64,000 nt of DNA. Origin: Botryllus schlosseri. Taxonomy: Eukaryota. Location of the stretch: the NCBI GenBank assembly GCA_051294905.1, contig CM119381.1:11284001-11348000 (forward strand), read 5' to 3'. Within the stretch, counting starts at the first letter, position 1. The number at the start of each line of letters is the position of its first letter. Positions 42,701 through 57,700 of this stretch are shown here, one piece after another. The notes under the pieces are model-generated. The model saw only the letters and a list, made by a program, of their open reading frames with translations, did no database searches and was not told where the DNA came from. The translations under genes and the position numbers were made by a program.

Positions 42701-45700
42701 ACTCATTGCATATAATTTTTCGTCGAATTTCAAAACAAACCTATCAGATCTTCAATCTCAGGTGAAGCAGTTGCTAACAGTTCTTAATAGAGAGAGAAAA
42801 GTTATGTAATCATGCAATACACATGCCCCGGTAGTTGGGCTATTTAGAACTATGAATCAGTAAGACATTTTTCTTTCCTTCCAGTAAACTGTGTAGAATG
42901 TTAGTGGAATCTTCACCCGATACATATGACTGCAATATCCAAGACATTTTTGTCTATCACGAAAATTCTTCCTAGCTATGACTCTAATGCAGTGGTTCTT
43001 AACCGGGTTTCGAATTAACAGAAGCGATTTGCTGAGCCAGCCTCAGGTGTTCGCCGGAGTTCAGTACACACACCTAACTGATTTGCAGTACATATTCAAA
43101 AGAATCTTTTTGTTTTGTGTGAAAATCATGTTGCAATAGTTTATATTATTTTAGCATTGTTGTTGATGCAGAATTCATTTGTGTAATACGGTAGATTTTT
43201 GTTCTTGTTACTCGTTATTTGCTTATTTACATGTTGAACTATTTCGTCCGAAGTCCTAGGTGACACGACCATGACGACATTGTCATACCGACTCACCCAG
43301 TCGATTCTGTTCATCAAATGATATTATTTTTCATCAATTTATTATTGCAGTACAGCAATCAGACGGTCAATGAAACAAATTTCATTTCTCACATTATTCC
43401 TGGATTCCTACCAGGGTTGTAACCAAGTCACAAGGCTCTGATTCACAAGTCAATCTCACTTTTATAGTTTTGACTTGAGTCAAGTCGAGTCATTTTCAAT
43501 TCACCACCGAGTCATGTCTGAGTCCAAGTCATTATGTTGACTGCTCAGATTCCAGTCAAAGTCGTGTTAAACCCACTTTTTATAACTCTGTTTGGTGATG
43601 TCGAATGGTTCGCATTTATAATATACTATTTTCCTCACTTTTCACAGTTTCTGGTCGCGTTTTCAAGTTAGATTACCAATAGACGAATCCCAATTGACTA
43701 CTCTACTATTCTTCGAAATTACAATGAAATGTTGGTCTTGGCCATCTGAGTATCGAGTCATATGACTTGGTTCGAGTCATGCGCGATGACTCGAGTCCAA
43801 GTCGAGTCAATACACAGATTTACTCGAGTCGAGTCATTTCAGTATTTTGAGAAAATGAATCGAGTCAAGTCGAGTCATCAGAAAATTGTGACTTGAGTCG
43901 AATCATGACTCGAATCATTACAACCCTGATTCCTGCACTACACTAACTACAGAACTGCAAGGAACATAAATTTGACTTCTAATTTACTATGCAGCCTCAG
44001 CGGAACTGCACAAAATTCATAAATTTTCAAACTCAACAGCATTCATCTACTATTTCAACATGAACATGTAACATGTACCAATCCGTTAATATTAAAACTG
44101 TATTTTTAAAATAGCATTGGTTATAAATAGAAACTCACCATTCTCCTTGCAGACATATTTTCCATTATTGGTATCTTCCTCACAAACTGCAAATTCCCCA
44201 CATGGATCCTTGATACATTCATAGTTATTCATTCCTTTGCAGACGCATAACTGCGAACAGTCCATTGCCATATCAGAAAATCCCTTCTTAACATAAGCCC
44301 CGTTATCCAGCATGCAACCACAATCTTCTAGTTTTACGCATTGGTCTCCTTCCTTGACAAATCCAAAACTGCACACACACATAGATACTGGTACTTGGTC
44401 ACATCTGTAACACATCAAAGAAACTTTCATTGAGTGCTTCTCTTTACAACTTTTTGCATCAATATCTTCTATTATACCTACAGCTTCCAGATTTTAACGT
44501 ATCAGAAGCTCAATATTGATTGGGAATTTATGTGATTTCAAGTTCATTGAAGCAAAGCGACACGTTGGGAGTTCATTAAAATAATGAAAAGCAGTATCTG
44601 ACACATAATTAGATTTGATAAGGCAACCAGAATTCATTCATTTTGATAACAAACTTTGACCCCAACAATAACTGATAAAATTGAAAGGCTATCTTTACTT
44701 CCAATCATGCCTCATTTTATGTAGCTGGATTCTACAATCCAACATATCACAATGAAACATGTTTACAGTGACACAAGCAAAAAATATTGGGCAGTCTATT
44801 TGGTCTGATTTCATGAGTTCACTCATGCAAAGACCTAAAATTTGATAATCAATAGTATGGTATCATTTATGTCTAGATTTATTTGAACGTTTTCAATCAA
44901 TTTCATATTAATGTTGCTTCCTTCGCTAAGAAACGTACCGAGCACTTGAAAACAGGATTAATACATGGATGCTAAGCGGTCAACTTAAAAAGGCATTCGT
45001 AACAGTAACCAACATAATTTGCCAAGGTATAGGAATAGTTACAAGCAAATTCTTAAAATCGCATCAAACCTAGCTGCTGCATGAGGATCTTGGCATGTAT
45101 CTTGGCAAGCTGACGCGTGTTCGGCATAGTAAGCGTTTTCATCACAAGTCTGACTGAAGCCGACCTTCCCACTCCAATCACATGTTCTTTTCCCAGTTTT
45201 GAGACATTCCGTCGCATAGTTTTGAAAAGTCTATGAGCAGCAAACATTAAGAAGTTGCAAACTTCAGACATGTCAAAATCAATTCAGTCGTGGGCTGGAC
45301 TCACACTCATTTATAGCTTGTATTTCGAACCAGTCATCTCAAAATCTTTTTTTTTTATTGTGGTTCTTCATTAACGAGACTACACATAATATATATTACT
45401 TCAAATCATTAGTCGTCTATCATAAAATGCAGTTATTTATTAACAACTGAATTGGTGGAATTACAACGAATAACTAATGGAACACAGTTTGTGAAAATCG
45501 GTACAAAATTGCTTCTTAATCAGTGACGATATAAGTTATGCTTCTATGCTCCCTTTATTTATTTGGTGGTGTGGTGTTGGTGTGTTTTCCTTGAGAGAGA
45601 GATAGAGTTATTCATTCGTCAACCGGGATAACAGAATGAGTATGCGAAAAAAAAATATGCAAAACGAAAACACATAAAACAATATTATCAATGTGTAACT

Positions 45701-48700
45701 GACTCTATAACGGTATAGACCGGTTCCAGCGATATGATTCTTAAGATCTTCGTGTAAGCCGTAAACATGGAGATTATAAATAAGTAGCCTATATACGATA
45801 TACATACACTGGTGCTTACTAGTTACAGTGATTTGTAAGAAACGAAAAAAGAAAAACAACAACAAAGATCACAGGGAATGACTTGATGCAATCGTAGATA
45901 CATCCTATTAGTATTTACTGATAAGTCAAGGAACGCTGCCTTAAATGACGAAAAACTCATACTTTTCAGTCGCAAGGGCAACTTATCCCACACATCAATT
46001 CCAGAACATTTCAAGGGAGGTAAAGCATTGTCGGAATTCGACATAAATAAGTTAAAAGAGCTCTTAGATCGAGTACCATAGCTGTGTATATGCATATGAG
46101 CACTGTATATTGCATTCACCGGTTTAGTTTTGTTGTTTTTGCCTCTGTGAATAACTAGCTTTGAGCCCATTTTTCCTTGAAAACTTCATGTGAACTTTTT
46201 GCACATCTCAAAAGTTAGTGATGTCACAGACTTGCTACTACTGGTGAATAGAGTAATAAGACAACGTTGCTGCTAGACCATTATAATTTCGAATATGAAC
46301 ATGTTCAGCCTTAGGTGCTTTACGGAATTGTCTACTCCGAAGTATCTTTCAACTTTTGATAGGAATGTGCTGGAAAATACAGGCATTTCTTTATTTACAA
46401 AAGATTACATTGCGGGCTGGATGAATTCGTCCGGCGGTCCGGATGTCTGACATGCCGCGCATGCAATAAACGTATAATGAATGAGCCCAGATACTATTTT
46501 AGGGCACATTCTCTATCATAAATGAAGTGGCATTTTTACAACTTATTTCTGATCAATGTACAAATATTGTAGTGTAAAAGCTCATTGCAAATTTATATAA
46601 ATGTATTTACCATAGAAAACTAAGAGAGAAAAAGACAAATGGTACAAAATGGTAAATTCTAACTTGAGCTGCAGATGAAGGGCCAGCCAAGCATGAATCT
46701 GTGACACAATCCTGGTAAAAGTCAACTGGATCGACATTGTCTTTGCAGCAATCTTCTTCTGCAAGTGGATTGCAGATCAGCTTTCTAAAGACAAAAATAT
46801 CATATAGTAAGAACAGTTTAAGTAAAGAAAGACAAAATATAAGACTCAACTCACGATATATGTGATGCTATAGGTTTGCATTCTGCATCATTCATGGTCA
46901 TAAGGTTGTCGGGACAATTTCCGATAAGAAATTGATTGCCGTAAGTCTCAAAGTCGGAAATGTCCTTTTTGTCAACCGCTTCAAATTCGTTCTTGTCATT
47001 GCCGTCAAAGTTACCGCACATACATCCAACCTGTGATCGAATGTTAAAATAATTGAAGTAATGGAGTAATGGAAAAGAGAATGAACACAATGATTTATTT
47101 TTTAAAAATGATTCAAAATTTCCAACCTAACCTTGCTGAATCTTAACAGGGTTGTAATGACTCGAGTCATTTTCTCAAAATACCGAAAATGACGCGGCTC
47201 GACCTGAGTCAATCTATGTATTGAGTCGACTTTTAATCGGGTCATTGCGCATGACACGGACCAAGTCATTTGACTTGAGACTCGTATGGCCAAGACCAAC
47301 ATTTCATTATAATTTCAAAGAATATTTAAGTTACCTCGCTATTGCTATTTCGTCTATTAGTACTGGTACTTGAAAGGGCGACCATATAAACTGTTAAAAA
47401 TGAGGAAATTAGTATATTTTGAATGTGAAGCATTTGATATCATTACGCAGAGTTGTAAAGAGTGGGTGTAACATAACTTCAACTCCAAACAGAACAGTCA
47501 ACACAATGACTTGGACTGACACTCGAGTCTGAACACTATGACTCGGACTCGACCCTCTGCTCGCCGACTTGACTAGGTGGTGAATTGAAAAACTGGACTT
47601 GACTCGAGTCAAAACTATAAAAGTCAGATTGACTGGTAACTCAGAGCTTTGTGACTTGGTTACAACCCTACCCTGTAAATCTATACTTCTACTTCTACTT
47701 GAGAAGTACTCGCAGCATTAAGTATGTCCGTAAAAAGCTCAATAAATTTATACTCACTTTCTCTTGGTATTTCGACGGAAGTGTGACCCATATATCTCCA
47801 TTTTTTAGTTCTGTTCGTAGGCCCCCTGCAATTTCCAACACCGAGGACAAGCCTACTCTTCTAACGCTGATATTGTCGGTATCAAATAAAGAGACTTCCT
47901 GTCCGTTGACCTGCAAATAAATCAAGCAGAAAATTCTTCATACCGTACATAATCGCTGTACGAATCAAGTGTTTCATACTAAATATGATGTGATGGTCAA
48001 AGTTAGTGACATAGGCGATGAGCCTGTGAATGATAGGTGTTCATCGCCTACCTTGTGTTGCGGATATGCGGCATATCCGCAATTTCGTCATCAGCACATT
48101 CTTGCTGGCTAAGTGTGTGGTTCGAAAAAATGGATCACTATGTATTTCGCAAAAAGTACTGATGTCTATGAGCAAACCACAATATACAGATGTAGCCTAA
48201 GATGTTCAAATGTGCATCACTAATTACTAAGCGACGCGACAGGATAAACATGCAACCTTGGAGTCGTCGGTTTTCACACACACGCGGCGCGCTGAGAGAC
48301 ATCATCTTCTCTCTCTATTAGAAGGAGGAAATACACGCTTCTATGAATCATTTACATTCGTAAGCTCCGCAAGCCGCGTTCAAAATAATTCTTGACTGAT
48401 TTTGGCGATAGTCTTTTTAATCGGAGCGAGAAATTGGATGGTGCGTTATTGTGTAAGCCCGCGAATTGCAAATTATTCCTGCACGGAATCGTTTACTCCA
48501 ATACCGGCTGCTTAGCAAACGTTAATTTGGAAATGCAGCATTGCAGCTCCGCGCCGTTATAATCTGCAAACAATTGACGCTATACGAGCACAATTCGGTG
48601 TCAGAACCCCATCGTGTTGAAGGTTAATTACTGATTGGACGCGCGCTTTCTCGTAGTAATCATCTGATTCGTGTATAAATTCTGCTTGCTACACTCGTAT

Positions 48701-51700
48701 TCCCGAATTATAGCGCAATATCACTTGTCAGAGTTGATCGCCGCGGCACGGGCTAGTAACGCAGTTACACTCGAATGCTCGCACCATTTCAAGATTAAAG
48801 GCGGAGATCATAAAGGTAGCGGATCCAGGAGAATGCTAATTGCGTGATTAAAAACTGCTAATCGGGACGCATTTTAGGCGGAGATCAAAAAGTCAGATGA
48901 TCAGGAAGATTGCTAATCGCGTGATTAAAAACCTGCTAATCGCGACGCAGAAAGTTGAATAAATAGCACCCATGGCACATGAAACCAGGACCTCTCAGAC
49001 TTATATCGCGGTATAAATCGAAAACAACATTTTAATCCAAATTTCGCATGCACGTAGTAACGTATAGGAAGGTAGGCCTATGAACGCAGGGTTTATGACC
49101 GCGATATAGTTCTGAGTTAGGTTCCGTTTTCGTGTACCACCCTTTTCGGACCTTTGGGAGTGAACACACGTTGAGTGTGTAGTTTTGTTCAAGCCTTATC
49201 AGTTGTCATTGTTACATTACGAATTACACGATATGATATTTCAGATTGTTGCATGCTACGTTTCCAAATCTCTATTAATCTAATTCGTAAAACAAGTCAT
49301 TCATTCTACATGATTACTGATTAGTAGGGCTGGGCAAAATAGAGTACCTGAGTGATTCGATTCTGAATCATGTATTATGCTTCGAGTCGAGTCGAGTATT
49401 CGAATATCACTCATTATGACATCACACCAGATTCTACTACGTCAAAGTTCAAATATGTACCTTTTATGCCGCCACAAAGAATAAAATGCCTGTTATCCGT
49501 CACATCAAAGATAACTTGTTATTTTTTCAATTGTTGTTGTTGTTGACAATGTTGTGGGATGATCATGACGTCAGAAATGTGTTATTTCCAGTGACATTCG
49601 TAGCTTTTACTATGTCTCGCATGCTGGGACACGGCCAATCAAAGTTTCAAGGCTTCCTCAGTGGAAAATAGTATCAAAACTATAATTCTCGTTAGTAAAT
49701 TAACTTTCAGTTGCGAGTAGCGTATAATTTCAGTACTCGAAACAATCGTCTTTTACTACTCCACTCAAATCATTAAAATTAATACTCGAATCAGATCGAG
49801 TACTCGAATCATTGTGCCCAGCCCTAATGATTAGCAAGCATCATCACCTATAAACAATGAACGGACGCGCCAAAGGCGAAAATGTCAAGATGATATGGTG
49901 CACTAAATATTTGTTAACTGAAGTCAGACTTGAAATAGCCTTTCTGGTTTGTGGTGGGCAGGTCGCGGAGTTTAAGAAGTATAATTAAGTCGGCATTATA
50001 CCCAAAACACGTAGAGAGACTCTCGGCTTCCGCTGAGGGCAGCCGAATTTCGGAAACCAGCCAGAGAAGCTAGCAAAACAACAATTTTATCATATTTTAT
50101 CAAGCTGCACACTGACTAGGATGCAGCGACCAAGAGAAGCTTTGTAATATTTCAAACACATTTTGGTTTACTAATAGAAAAACGTGTCTCGCCGTTATTG
50201 TGATTTAAAAAGACTAGAAAATGTTTTGTGTTACCATTATTCGGAATAATGACGCTGAATAAATATTATTCAGTCTAATTTAATGCTCACTTTCACATTA
50301 CAGCAGCTTGTATTGACAATCTAATTCACTGTTTTCAATTGACAAATAAAATGAATACGCTGCAGAATATAGTTTAAACTTTTGGCTCGGCCCATCAGCA
50401 TATTTTTCGCTTCTCCGTAAAAATAATTGCCCACCCCTTCATAATAATCGGTGATACCAATTAGTGTTAAATCAGGTTTTGAATCTCCATATTATGGCTG
50501 ATGGTATACTTAGTACTTACATGTGTCAACTAGAAATAGAAAGTGAACGATTGACTATTTACTTACAATTAGTTTGCCGTCGTAACTCAACTCGACTTGA
50601 ATAACTTCACCTCCTCCAACTTCAATCCTAAGAGATCTGACAGCCTTAAAAAAATATTATTAAAACCTCAAGTAGAACACTCGAAATTTTTGTATTTACT
50701 TGACTGGGGTCTTTTTCAGATAACCCCATTATGACTTCGATGTTGAAATATTCAGAATCTGTGGGCTGGTACTCAATTGTTTTAGCCAGACAGAAGCTAC
50801 ATTTTCCTTTATAAATGAATTGCTTGAGCTTTTTCAAAATTCGGTCACTTGCTGCGTCGCTTTTGTATTCCACAATCCCGCCCATGTCGAATGTGCTGAA
50901 ATGGTTCAATCCCCAAACTCTACATGTTCCGTAACCTGTTATTGAAAAACACGTTTTTGTATACCATACAAGCTACTGCTGATAATTTCTATGAGGGAAT
51001 GAAATATTACATAAATATTACTATAATGGCCTTCAAAGTATAAGTAATAAATTCTATATAAATCATAGTCCCGCAAATGTTAAAGTATTGGATTCTACAT
51101 TCACCTTTGAAAAATTGTATTTAATATGTATCAATATAATATACAGACAGGCAGGCAGGCAAACAAACATACAATTAACTTATTGTTTAAAAATATACAA
51201 ATACACATATCATAATGTTATGCCACAGTCGTCCAAATACCAGATAAAGATACATCAGTCTTACGGGCAAATTTAGATTTTCAGTTTGCCCTTAACTACT
51301 TGGCTTTTCGGGCCAGGACTAGGCCTGGCGATGATGACTTTTATATTATTTCAATGGTATATTCCTCTTTATATTGCCCTACCACTTGATATCGTGAATT
51401 CTGTGACTGGCCATAGTATGAATATCTGTGAGTGCGGCGTTAATGGCACCTTATTGCGCTTGACAGTCTCGATTAGAGGACGCACGTGACTTGCCAATTG
51501 TAGATATCACTTAAATAACGACAGGGTCTTATAAATCAGTGCGTCTCAATCGGTTGGTCGCGAATCTATTTCAGGTGGGTCGCGAAGACGTTTTAAATGT
51601 TACATTTTCGTATTCAATTTTCCAAATATTCCAAACACTTTAACACTTTATATTCTCAAGATTAGAAGTGTAAATGCACATGCACATTCGCGTCCTCCAA

Positions 51701-54700
51701 ATTGAATTGTTATGCGCCCGTAAGCGCCACAACCCACGTTGCCGTGCTCACAATAATTCGTAATCCAGATTTTCGTCACAGTCATATTGATTGGAGCGTG
51801 AAATGATTTTGATCGGGAAATGTAGCAATCCGGCCCGATTTGTCGTTATAATTAGATAACAATTGCCACAACGCAAGCATAGCTCTTTTGTGTTGGACGT
51901 AATAGACGAATTGCTGATTGCTGATTGTTGCGTGTGGTATTCATGGAGTTTTTCTACTTCACTTACACCAGGCCCATGTTTTTTACTATGAATCCGCATC
52001 TGACGGCTTGAATCGCGGTCCACTTCCAGACTTTTATAAAACGCCGCTTAAGCAGATCAGATGGCGAGGAGCCAAGATAAGCGTTTCACGTCTGTAATCA
52101 TCTGTCACATGCTAGACCTTACCTCACGCACCCCAACCCCCAATTGGTGCATCGAGCTCAAAGAGGGCCAAAAGAGCCAAAATCATCTCATGATTCAACA
52201 TAAATTATGGAGTATTTGTTTCGAGAATTATTGAACTTCTGTCAAATTTTCTTCGCGCCGGGCGCGATTTGACTTCGTTAGTTGTCTTGGTTTTAATAAA
52301 ATAATACGCATAATTTATATAAATAGGCATTTCGGTGTCTGCCATTACCGCGCCACGACATACCAAGACACATGAAATTTCAGTCAACATGTGACTTGGC
52401 GAAATGTGCTGGTAAAAAGAACGTCAGTGAGAAAACCTCGGCAGAAAAGGATCGAAAACGTCGGTACATATATGCCGAATTATCCATTGACTATAAGCGC
52501 CTGAATGGCTGTCTCGAAATATTGCCGTCGCCGAAAATTCATAATAGTATATGCAATTGACAATATCATTGACCGAATGCCATCATGAATTCAGAAAAAA
52601 TATTCACACCAGGCACTACCAGATAACTGTAATGCGGTGACAACATAACAACTGGCGCCGATGAGCAGGGGTTTAAAAGTTAGTCGCGAAAGGGCGTCTG
52701 GTGGGTCGCGAGAAATTTGGATGAAAATGGGTCGCGAACTGAAAGAGGTTGGGAAGCACTGTTATAAATAACCAATTGCTTTTTCGTGAATTTTCTTTAG
52801 ATAGCGAATAATGAATTTCTAAGTTGTAGTACAAATATCAACGACCTGTCATTGTTGTTTTGGTTGCTATTAGATTCTCTGATGCGCATTGAGAATGGCT
52901 GGATTAATTCGTATGGCTAGATCAATTCTATGAGTATTTGTAAATATGCCAACAGTTGTATAGGAACTTTTTAACAAACAAATTAATCTTATATTATGAT
53001 ACAATAAAGTCACTTCAGGAATAGACATGATTCTATCTTGTTAGATTGTTAAAACGCCTTTCACTCAATTCACACTGCATTTTTCGTAATGACCTATATT
53101 CACGAAGCTGCTTCAGCTCGCATGGCATACAAGACAAGCCATTATGACTCATTACTTTTTTATTAATGGATATTTTTTAACCGATAACATTATTATTATT
53201 AACAGAAACAAAAAATTAAGCAAGTCTCACTTTTTGGAGTACACTCAAGCACTCCTTTGTCCGTTGCCACACATATCTCATCTTCTTTACAGGTGCCATC
53301 AACACAATTCAACTTTCCTCCAGAACAAGTGCAGTGTTGCTTACAATTTTCCTTATAAAACGAGTCTCCACTCTAGAAATATTCATCAGCAGTTGAGGTA
53401 GGTCTACTTAGTATTACAGTATTAGTTATCCAACTCCAATACGAAGCATGTACTTGTACACTGACACAAAGGTTGTATACGCAGAGGTGTGACATTACAT
53501 ATAACTGCTGCATATTCATGGAAAGTCCTGACGGGATGAACAAATTGCGATGGACCATTATTCTGAATTTGAGCAGGAATCTGGCAGAATCATTAGAAAT
53601 CGACGAATTGTGGCTGTCCTTTTAAATCAATATCTGGACAGTATTCTGAATGTTTGCTTCCAATTTGTGTCTTTTAGTCTGGATTTGAAGACTCAGTACC
53701 ACATTGATTGACTCGAATCATTAATACCACGTGGAAACTTAATTGGTGGATACCCAAATTGATCAAGTAAACATTCTTAGGACTCTTGAACAAAGGCACT
53801 AAAACAGGATGTGATTACGAGAACGATTACGATTCCATTCAATGTTGGACAGATTGGATTTGTGTTCTCACAAATAATAATCCATTGGACTCAACAAATA
53901 TCGAGAACCTCAATACACCAGATATTATCAATACTATTATCTACATAGCCAGCTGTACTCAAATACGCATATGCAATACTTCCAGTATAATATGAATTTT
54001 CCGTCTCGAACCTTATAATATTTTCCGCCTGACGTGCACCCACATTCACTCCTTTTGACGCAGTCATCGTCAGATCTATAGAATCCATCCATACACATGC
54101 ACCCTGTAACAAACAACAGAGATGACATATCGATGGCCAACATTTTTTACTTGGCATGGTTACCTTCGGCGCATGTTCCAACGTTTATACAGGTAGTGGG
54201 AGAATCAGGATTGGAACAATCACTTTCACATTCGCTGATACAAGGTGTGTAGAAGGAATTGGGCGGGCAAGCCGGAACTAAACAAATATATTTCATAATA
54301 GAAAGCATCAATTAAAATTAAATTATCATGTCAAATATCCTTACAAAGTTTGCATTTCGTCCTCCAGTCACACAGGTTTAAAACGCCTGAAGATTCACAA
54401 GCCTGGGCATAAGCCACAATATTTGATTCGAGAGCTGCTTGATTTCCTTCAAAGTGGCACAGGTCAAATTTGCAATTCTGAAATATCAAAATACATGCAA
54501 ATCATTAAATTATGTGTAATATAATGTTTTATTATTAGTAACTTGACTAAAACAATCTCATGTAAGGTTTATAATCCATGACTATTAAGTGAATCTCCGT
54601 ATCTCTGTTTCGCCACCAAATACATTCATATTACATGTATTGATAGCTGGTAGTTTGGTAAGTGGCGGTTCACAACCTATGGCTTGAAACCCAATGTTGG

Positions 54701-57700
54701 GTCGCCTGGTATCATGGGATGATGATGACTTGCATGATCAACACAGTATATTTTTGATGAAGTAGTTTATATTGAGCAAACCAGACATATCAGAGCAAAC
54801 TAATATGGTAGAGATTTGAGCTGTACTAATTGAAATGATTAGATCCATTTTCTGGCATCAATTGAGTCAACTATGCCTCTGCTGAATCAATACCATTAAC
54901 TTCAATTAAAATTACCGCAAGACAAAAGGTAGGCTATGGGGAGTACCTCTTGCTGAAACGCGTCTCTTCATTCTTGTCATTCAACCATCTTTATGCATTA
55001 TTTCAGTATATCTCGTTCAGTGCGCATCCCTTACTTTAACATGATCTTCCATTTTTTGCTATTTATGGGACTAGACAAGTGGATCGTAACCTATTTTTCT
55101 CCAGCGCCCCCTTTCAAAAATTGCCCGAGTCTGGCGCCCCCCTATTTCAAGGACTGTAGTAAAAACAATGGGTAAGTGAGTGGTTGAACTCCGCTTTTGG
55201 GTTGGGACTTCACTATTAGACCACTCGACTAATTAACGGTATAATTGTATGTGCTATCTTCGGGATCACATCCCGGTTATAGTTATAACAACCATCGAGT
55301 TAGGCCTACGGGCGGGGTCATAGCATTTGGTTCGAGATCGATGTACACATCCCGACTTCTCCTCAACGATTGGCAATGCGGGGAAGTTAATTGTATTGGG
55401 TTTTGTTTTATTGCTTTGTGTGACTACTAAATCAACTGAGAATTTCGGCCGAATAGCATCAAAACATCTTTAATGCGCAAAGGACATCACTCTCAAAAGT
55501 TGTACAGTAGCCAACAGTGCCTTTTCGATTTCGACACGCAGTGAGCTGCAGGATATAATATAGTTCATTACATTTTGTGGAAAATAACCCGAGCTGTCAG
55601 TATAAGTATCAGTTTATTATTGTTTTCATCATTTCAAAACAGCACAAAACTGCGATACAATGAAAGGATAGTAAGGTGCGGTCGAAACGACTTGGAGTAG
55701 CTAACGTGCAGGGAGTGTTATAACGGGGAATTGACAATCCAAAAGTAAACTAAATTCATTTTACATGAATTGAAATAAACCACTGTGTTCATGGAAACAT
55801 GGTGGGTAGATATTTCGCGATGAGCGCAACGAAAAATGTTGTGATTTGACAGATTTTGTTGAATATTAGTTTGCAATGAGAACTCAGGGATATATAGAAC
55901 TACTGATTTACTATATAATCAGATGTCCTTAGTACACCATCTACTGTTAGGCCATTTTTCTTCAGCGCCACCCATACGGCCCCCTGAGCCCAGCGCCCCC
56001 CATTTCGCCACCTGAGCGTTTCCCCCTTCAAAATTCAAATCGCCCCCTGCGGGGCGCTGGAGACAAGGTTAAGAACCACCGGACTAGACGGATGACACTG
56101 ATAGGAAGCAGTCAAAAAGATTTGGTGAAGTCAACAATCAAACACCATTTCTGCCCCATCAATAGCAAGAAGCGAAGAAACGTTGGGAAATGAGTCGGGA
56201 AGTGGCAGATGATTCTTTCGACAACATATCTTACGTGTCCCCTACCCCAAAGAGCAGGGGTGGCCAACCTGCGGCCGTAGAAGCATAAATGATCGGCCGT
56301 CTACAGGTAATTCAATTAGCGTGTGTTGGCGGCCTTCAACATGACAATTTATGAAACATTTTAATTCAACGTAAAATTCTTCTTCGCGTTTCTTGGGCTT
56401 CAGAACGACTTGGATTTTTGATTTTAATATAGAGCCTTTGTACGTTTGGGCGATTCCAATATATTTTTACTATACCTACAATCCTATTAGGAGGTCAAAA
56501 AATAACAGCATGAAACAAAGTTATAATAACAATGATGGGTTCAGCCGAAGATGCATCATTATTATTTAGTTGCCCTATGTATTCGATGACACCCCTTCCA
56601 TCAGCTCTACCGGTAAATCTGGTCACATGAGCGAAGAAAGGACAAATATTTGATAATAATACGTGAAACTATCAATATTATTGACGAAATTCATTCATGA
56701 ATATGACAAATTTTCGTAATATGCGCGACCAGACCACGATACACTGTACCTTTTCATAGCATTAATACTCGCGATTTCGGTGCGAACGGAAAGCCTGCTG
56801 GGGATTTCTTATTCTACAATTAAAAACGTTCGTACGCAAAGTATTTCTCGAGAAAACTTGGCGCATGTGTCTATGGCAATGAGGTGTATATTATATTCCT
56901 AACGTTTAATACCCTAGAGAACCCTGTCGGTTATATGTCGAACTTCGGGAAGTCTAAATTTCCCCGGAGTCACAATACAAGAATCTACCACATCGGCAGT
57001 GATTACGGATTAGGCAATGGTAGAAAATATGCTCACTAGCGTCATATTCAATCTATGATGTGTCGTGGTGCAGCAGTACATCGATCAAACTTACTGATCT
57101 CAACGAAAATAACTAATAATCAAAGTGATACATCATACCTCGTAGAACAAATCTGGATTGATTCGTTTATGACAAGCAGAAAAACAACCATTAGGTCTTT
57201 TAATGACTTCGCAATTACATTCGCCTGTGTCAAAATCTCTGTCTTCGCATTTCTTCGACTTAGCGTTGTCCTTGCATCTGCAATTGTAATGGCAATGCTG
57301 ATAGGTTCGCAAACTGTTATGGCCTATTAATAGTCACCGTTCATCAACGGTTACTAAATATTAGAATAAAAAGATCACGAGCACACTGGCTTCAACGATT
57401 CCGCCTTTGACGTGCCTAGATAAAAGTAGGCGGCGTTTTGACGCTACTAAATTGGCGTCAACATGAAACACTCTGCTTTCGTCAGAATCGAGAGCTAATA
57501 ACTTGGTATACAATTCGATCAAATGCATAAAACGATTCAATTTACCCAGGCTTCGCTCCTCCGACTTTGTAAATGTAACCGAATTCGTTGGCTGAGAGGC
57601 CTTTCATGTCGTCGTCTGCTATTCCATTATAATCACCGCAGATTCCTACACGAAACACATTTCGAGCTAGATACATACGGGATATATCTATAGTGGATAT

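Noticed and set aside
43412-43928. CRISPR-like array from recurring GACTCGAGTC motifs (also 47147-47670, 62020-62368)
   Set aside because: No constant repeat-spacer periodicity; motifs are subterminal repeats of a TIR element in a eukaryotic intron
46409-46493. Possible 85-bp exon with AG/GT ends
   Set aside because: It would shift the frame and shows no C8 motif; exon 45070-45230 supplies the expected continuation
51748-52023. Intact transposase in the 51537-52761 hAT element
   Set aside because: Only a 91-aa ORF with at most a faint resemblance to transposase N-termini; no catalytic or dimerisation motif seen
54947-54988. Possible 42-bp extra exon
   Set aside because: It lies in a phase-0 intron, where it reads ATG GTT GAA TGA (stop); the C8 domain is complete without it
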